Both the position numbers and the translations under genes were made by a program. The notes under the pieces were generated by a model. The model did not search any database and was not told the DNA's origin. It was given only the letters and a program-made list of their open reading frames with translations. Below, in pieces: positions 57,630 through 64,000 of a stretch of DNA of 64,000 nucleotides. Source of the DNA: Eukaryota sp. TZLM1-RC (taxonomy: Eukaryota > Protista > Metamonada: BaSk clade); the NCBI GenBank assembly GCA_040285825.1, contig JAUPSS010000001.1, positions 1,798,001-1,862,000 on the forward strand, in the 5' to 3' direction. How positions within the stretch are numbered: the first letter of the stretch is position 1; each line of letters begins with the position of its first letter.

Positions 57630-60600
57630 AGCAAAGATTCTACCAGTCAGATCAAGCTCATCCACTCCACTTCCCCACTCTCCCCACAATACAAGCTATG
57701 CTCGAAATTCATCTCAAAAAAATTTTCATTCAAAAACTGATCATTGTACCAGAAAAAACACAGAAAAACCACCATTACGTTCCTTGCGTTCTGTTGCGCG
57801 TTCTATTAACAACTCCGTTTCTCGAAATTTGTTTTCTCCAGCTGAAACTGCAAAAAGTCAAAAGTCTATTTCTACTTTTAACTCAAAAATTGACAAAATT
57901 GAAAGAACTGAAAAAATGAAACCACTGCCATTAAAAGGTTCTAAAAAATGTTCGATTTGTGGTATCAGTGGTCATAATTCGAGAACGTGCCCTGAGAAAC
58001 AAAAAAGAGAATTTGAATTAAAATCTGCTCAACAAATTCTCAAATGTTCTGTTCCAGCTGTTGCCGTTGTGAAAGGTGCTGAAAATAATGTTTCTGACGA
58101 TCAACAGTTAAATGCTTCTAGTGTTCCCTCTTCTTCCCCTTCTGAAAACAGTAATTTTTGTTGTCCATTTTGCAAAAAAGATGTTGCAGATTCACGAAAT
58201 GGTCGAAAACTTCTGTTTTGTACGAATTGTAAAGCCGTTGATACCGTAAGACCCCCGATCCGGATCCCAGTAGAAATAAGTCCCGCCAGCACAATCCCCT
58301 TCTCAATGGAAATGAGAAATTTTACTTCTGAATTGAAAAATAATAAGTGGAATATTTCATCCTTCTGGAAATATTTTGCTAGAAAAAACAAAAATTGTTT
58401 TAAGAAAAAATTTGGAAATAGAAAAATTGTGAAATCCAAAATTTGCCGTAAATTGTGCTTACGTGGTCGTAAAAAAATTGACAAAATTGAAAGAACTGAA
58501 AAAATGAAACCACTGCCGTTAAAAGGTTCTAAAAAATGTTCGATTTGTGGTATCAGTGGTCATAATTCGAGAACGTGCCCTGAGAAACAAAAAAGAGAAT
58601 TTGAATTAAAATCTGCTCAACAAATTCTCAAATGTTCTGTTCCAGCTGTTGCCGTTGTGAAAGGTGCTGAAAATAATGTTTCTGACGATCAACAGTTAAA
58701 TGCTTCTAGTGTTCCCTCTTCTTCCCCTTCTGAAAACAGTAATTTTTGTTGTCCATTTTGCAAAAAAGATGTTGCAGATTCACGAAATGGTCGAAAACTT
58801 CTGTTTTGTACGAATTGTAAAGCCGTTGATACCGTAAGACCCCCGATCCGGATCCCAGTAGAAATAAGTCCCGCCAGCACAATCCCCTTCTCAATGGAAA
58901 TGAGAAATTTTACTTCTGAATTGAAAAATAATAAGTGGAATATTTCATCCTTCTGGAAATATTTTGCTAGAAAAAACAAAAATTGTTTTAAGAAAAAATT
59001 TGGAAATAGAAAAATTGTAAAATCAAAAATTTGCCGTAAATTGTGCTTACGTGGTCGTAAAAAAATTGACAAAATTGAAAGAACTGAAAAAATGAAACCA
59101 CTGCCGTTAAAAGGTTCTAAAAAATGTTCGATTTGTGGTATCAGTGGTCATAATTCGAGAATGTGCCCTGAGAAACAAAAAAGAGAATTTGAATTAAAAT
59201 CTGCTCAACAAATTCTCAAATATTCTGTTCCAGCTGTTGCCGTTGTGAAAGGTGCTGAAAATAATGTTTCTGACGATCAACAGTTAAATGCTTCTAGTGT
59301 TCCCTCTTCTTCCCCTTCTGAAAACAGTAATTTTTGTTGTCCATTTTGCAAAAAAAGATGTTGCAGATTCACGAAATGGTCGAAAACTTCTGTTTTGTAC
59401 GAATTGTAAAGCCATTGATACCGTAAGGCCCCCGATCCGGATCCCAGTAGAAATAAGTCCCGCCAGCACAATCCCCTTCTCAATGGAAATGAGAAATTTT
59501 ACTTCTGAATTGAAAAATAATAAGTGGAATATTTCATCCTTCTGGAAATATTTTGCTAGAAAAAACAAAAATTGTTTTAAGAAAAAATTTGGAAATAGAA
59601 AAATTGTAAAATCAAAAATTTGCCGTAAATTGTGCTTACGTGGTCGTTATGGTGCCGCAAAGCAGTCTTTGTTTTCCTCTTCTTTGGCTGATACAAACTC
59701 TGATACCCTTGAAAAACTTCAAAAGTTGCATCCTCAAGAAAATTTCAAGTGCAGCAAGCCTGAAGTGTGTCCTTTTTGGATTGAAAATCCTATTACTGCA
59801 ATTGAAGTTCTTAAAGCTATTCAAAAATTGCCAAAGGGGAAAGCAGCAGGCCCATCTGGAATTTCTTTTGATCTGTTAAAAATAGCGTTCCAGTGCTCCC
59901 GAAATTGCTGATGATCTAGCCCACTATTTTCAACAATTGATTGTTTTGAAAATTAATCCTCCATTTGAATTACTCGCAGCACGTCTGATGGCTTTAGTAA
60001 AGCCTGAAAACGGAATCAAACCTGATGGAATACGCCCAATTGCTGTTGGTGAATCTCTTTCTCGTTTGCTGGCATCAATTGTCTTCGATCGTGTTAAAGA
60101 CAAAGCTTCTACATTTTTGAATCCTCATCAATTTGGAATCAAAACAATTGATGGTGCTTCTGTTGCTGCTATTGCCTCTGATACCTTTTTTAATGCAGAG
60201 GAAAATAATTTTATTTTTAATCTCGACTTTAAAAATGCTTTTAATTCTGTAAAGCGAGAAGCAATTTTTGAAATTATTAAATCTGATTTTCCTGAGCTAT
60301 CGAGTTTTTTCTACCATTGTTATGGGAAAGAATCAGATTTAATTTTTAATTCATTTGGTCTTAAATCATCTTCTGGAGTGAAGCAGGGAGATCCTTTAGG
60401 CCCATTATTGTTTTGTTTAGCTATTCACAAAACTTTAAATATCATTAAGCAAAAATACCCTTCTATAAAAATAGTTGCTTATATGGATGATATATCCTTG
60501 ATTGGTTCATTTGATTTACTAGAATTGGTTGCTCAAGAAATTGCCGATTCATATGAAAATATTGGGCTTCATCTTAATGCCAGCAAATGCCTTCTGATTG

Positions 60601-62161
60601 ACTCTTCTGCTCAAGACCTCGTGATAAACGATTCTATTGTCCCTTTTACTAATTATAGTAGTGATGCTTTTAAGTTCCTTGGTTGTTGGTTAGGAAATGT
60701 GCCTCAAATTCAGAATGAATTGCAAGTTATTTTGGAAAAAATGAAAATTGAACTTGATTCAATTTCTTCTTTAGATATTGAAAAGCATATTAAATTTTTC
60801 ATGCTTAAAATTTGCTACACTGGGAGAATAACCCACATTTTGAGATCTTGTGCTCCTTCCATAGCATTAGATTTTTGTCGTTCTTTTAATTCATTGAGAA
60901 CAGAATTTTTTGCTGATTTATTGGATGTAGAACCAGGAATGTTGAAAAGCCATTTATTTTCTTCAGCAAATTTGGGTGGTATTGGTTTTACTAAATCTTC
61001 AATTTTGTGTCAATCAGCATTCTTGGGTGGTGGCAAAAATTTTATTTATGAATTTTCTCGTAGATTTCCTGATGATTCTCATCTGTTAGTCCCCAATTGT
61101 AGTCCCTATTTGTATGAGTTATCTTGTGAACTTGAAAAATTACCGCCACAAATTTGGACCAAATGTTTTCCTCAATCAATTCAAGAAATTCCAAACCGAT
61201 CTCTATTTAATTTACAGTTTTGCTGTAAAAAGCTTCAACAAAAATTGTCAAAGATTTTTGAAAGCTTGGATTTTGATGTTAGACTTGGCTTGGCCAAGAA
61301 AAAGAATCCCGCTTTTGCAAATCTTTTACAAGATATGTGTGACAGTACTTCCTCTGCCTTAGTAACAACAATTCCACAAGTTTATGGTACTCTCTTATCC
61401 GATTCTGCTTGGACTCTGAATATGAGATTTCGTTCCTTTATCTGGCCTGATAATTTACCTCATAATTTAATTTGTAAATGTTCTCGAGAAATTACAACTA
61501 CTCATTTGTTAAATTGTAAACATTTTATTACTTTTAGAAGCAAGGTTCATGATGCTGTAAGAGACCAGTTATATTGTATGTGTAAATCTCATAGAATTGA
61601 ATCCTTCTTGGAACCTTTGTTGTCAAATCTGTTTGATGCTGAAAATGATTTTCATAAGAATAATAGAGGTGATGTCATATTACCTGGATTAGATGGAAGC
61701 TTCATTTTATTGGATGTAATGTCTGTTGATCCTTGTATTGCCTCAAATGAAAGGCTTGTTAATTCTGAAATTCATAATCCCCTTTCAAATGCTGAAAATT
61801 TTAAATTCAAAAAATACAATGAACCTTTGTCCAAATTGGCCAGTCTACAGCATGCAAAATACAATTAGTATCCATTTGTATTTTCCCTTTTTGCTTCACT
61901 TGCACCAACTGCTTTACGTTTTTTGGATGATTTTGAAATGATTGTAAAGAGAAGAACTGGCAGAAATTTCAACAGATTGTTTTGGCAAAATAGAATTGTG
62001 TTTTCTATTTTTAAGGGGATGTTGAAGATGGTTTCTGATGCTTTGCTTTCTCTTGGATCTCACTATGAGAGAGTTGCATCTAGTGTTTTTGTTTTGGGAG
62101 AGATGGATTTTTTAGATGTTGATTTATAGGTTTAGAATAAAATTAAATTTTTTTTAAAAAA
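57630..62161 (+). mobile_element. Near full-length young family A element with a triplicated N-terminal module
   Basis: TSD aattccggca at 57620-57629/62162-62171; 643-aa RT/RLE ORF 59937-61868; premature TAG at 61866; A-tail. Confidence 0.93.
57883..59647 (+). repeat. Three 588-bp in-frame tandem repeats (196 aa each)
   Basis: aaaattgacaaaattgaaag recurs with a 588-bp period near 57890, 58478 and 59066. Confidence 0.95.
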
Positions 62162-62920
62162 AATTCCGGCATATATTGCAATAGAGCACCATGGATACTG
62201 CGGCGACTTAGTGAATTGAAAGCATTACTAAAATCCAATGACATACAAACATTGGATTCATTTTGGCGAAATAATACATCTGTAGCAAATATCGCTGAAG
62301 AGACTCCATCAGTGGTATTAATTCCATATTGAAAGGGTAATAAAATCTTTTTTGCTTTCTCATTGAACCTGCTCAAGCAACACGCAGAAAAAATATTGTG
62401 TAAGCTCTCAGAGACTGCAATAGGACGAACATCCATTTTTGAATTTTTGACAAGTGCAGTCAAACGAGAACTTCTTAATTCAAGTGGATATCTGAGTTGA
62501 TCAGTCAATCTTTTGTTGAAAAAATTGCTTGAATTTGTCATAAAAATGGGCGAATGGCCACACCAAACAAAAGACGTAGTAAGGGATCTCCTTGCTTAAC
62601 ACCACATGATCATTTCAAAATAGAATCACCAAAGGACAAATCAAAATTTGTTCAATATGTTTGAAAATAAGGTAGCAATTCTGGCAAGTAATTCAACAAA
62701 GCACCACGATTACTACACCATTATAGAAATCAATGAATTTATTTGTTTTATTTGTACAAATGTTCGCATTTCAATTTAACTTCAACTAATCTTATGATGA
62801 CATTAGCTTGAACCATGAAAACAGAAAAGAAAAAAGCGTCGTTTGATTGCTGAAGGTGAAATAAACCATCTTGATTCATTTCATCTCTATCCAACAACTA
62901 GCATTTGACAGCTATAGCTG

Positions 62921-63409
62921 ATGTCCTCTTCACCTACAAACTCTACTAATTTGTTTTCTCCCTTGCCAGACCACCTCTTTGATACTCCGGAACCCTCGGC
63001 TCCGAGTGAATCTGCCTCAGTCGAGGAGCAATTGAAATTCTACAAGGAACAATACCAACGAGAACACCAAAAGGTTCAGTATCTACTCAATGATCGTGAA
63101 AAAATGCGTCACAAAATCGTTGACATTGGTCTACAAGTGGAGAAGGAAGAGGAGTTTATAACCAATAGATTACTTCGGAAACTCCACAAACTTGAAGAAG
63201 AGAAACGAGTTTTCCACGAAGAACTATCTGAGTCCGAGTCTAATTCTATTGAAGAACTCAACTCGACCATCTCTAGGCTTCGTGCGGAGAAGGTGGAGAT
63301 TGAAAGTGCCCTGGAAAAGGAGCTAGAGTCTGTCATTATGAGACTGCATCGCCGAATGAGACGCCTGTCCCGAAGCAACTCCACTTCTTCAGAATGTGAA
63401 CCAAAGTAG
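62921..63409 (+). CDS. CCDC6/DUF2046-like coiled-coil protein
   Basis: VEKEEEFITNRLLRKL.KL..EK and LR.EKV.IE..LE.E.E....RL.R.M.RL. Confidence 0.72.
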   Translation: MSSSPTNSTNLFSPLPDHLFDTPEPSAPSESASVEEQLKFYKEQYQREHQKVQYLLNDREKMRHKIVDIGLQVEKEEEFITNRLLRKLHKLEEEKRVFHEELSESESNSIEELNSTISRLRAEKVEIESALEKELESVIMRLHRRMRRLSRSNSTSSECEPK

Positions 63410-63586
63410 TTTTGTATATGTATAAATGTATGACTTTGTTGTTGCTTCAACGCATCTTCTTTATCGGCACCAGATGGACAGTAATAATCTTTATTGAAAT
63501 AAGTTGTTTAAAAAAGATCAATGATACTTTAATTGAACAAAAAAAACTGTTTCAATACAATCAAATAAATAAATTTTAAAAAAACA

Positions 63587-63955
63587 TTAATTGGAAGAAA
63601 AAGACTTCCAGGATTGTATAGTTTGAGATAATCCATCACGAGATAGTATATTTGAATAAGAGGAAAGTTGTGGAAAATTGTTAATTAATGCATCAAAAAT
63701 AAACGGAAACAGTGAAAATTCAGTTAATTCAAAATAACTAATCAAAAAATTTAAATGTTTTTCAAAATAACCAATGATATTAAGACAAGCGTAAGCTTTT
63801 AGCAAAAGAAAAACACCAAATAACTGAAGGTATTTGAATCCAAATTTTGAAACATTTGCAATTAATTCATGAATTTGAGGCAATAAATGGTCAATTTCTG
63901 ATGATGAGTGATTATTAAAATGGATTTCACAAAACAATTTACATAATTGGACCAA
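63587..63955 (-). CDS. Hypothetical protein or last exon of a gene extending beyond the window
   Basis: 122-codon ORF only; no motif recognised. Confidence 0.3.
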   Translation of the reverse strand: MVQLCKLFCEIHFNNHSSSEIDHLLPQIHELIANVSKFGFKYLQLFGVFLLLKAYACLNIIGYFEKHLNFLISYFELTEFSLFPFIFDALINNFPQLSSYSNILSRDGLSQTIQSWKSFSSN

Positions 63956-64000
63956 ATATTCGAAGTAAGGAATATTAAAAACAGTGATTTCATTTAATAA

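Larger units (their letters stand above)
56250..62541 (-). mobile_element. Family E element (56250-57629 plus 62162-62541), split by family A
   Basis: ORF 62143-62541 (RPIAV, LDFSNAFN ... QYMPE) continues in 56686-57630 (PELIPY, GVKQGDPLGP, YMDD) and 56150-56515. Confidence 0.87.

Overview
AT-rich DNA from a compact eukaryotic genome, probably a protist (standard code, short intergenic regions, one 29-nt GT-AG intron); the species cannot be identified from the sequence. About 1-37 kb is almost entirely single-ORF non-LTR retrotransposons with a CCHC knuckle, a C4 finger, an RT (RPIAxGE, GVKQGDPLGP, YMDD) and a C-terminal restriction-like endonuclease, i.e. CRE-like RLE elements. At least seven diverged families (my labels A-G) have inserted into one another up to five layers deep with 10-14 bp target-site duplications, and kb-scale segmental duplication has expanded the cluster further. 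One family C copy (11388-14653) is full length with an intact 1046-aa ORF. At 37156-40174 a gag-only LTR element sits as a three-unit tandem with four 142-bp LTRs. From 41 kb there is a mix of host genes (Alba-like, LZIC, Pcc1 with a mini-intron, SAPS, DBR1, CCDC6-like), a tRNA-Ala(AGC) pseudogene, a decayed Fanzor1, pogo, MULE and IS630/Tc1 remnants, older CRE copies, and a young family A copy with its zinc-finger module triplicated in frame. Many frameshifts fall in homopolymers and may be consensus errors. All protein family calls are by motif recognition, not database search.
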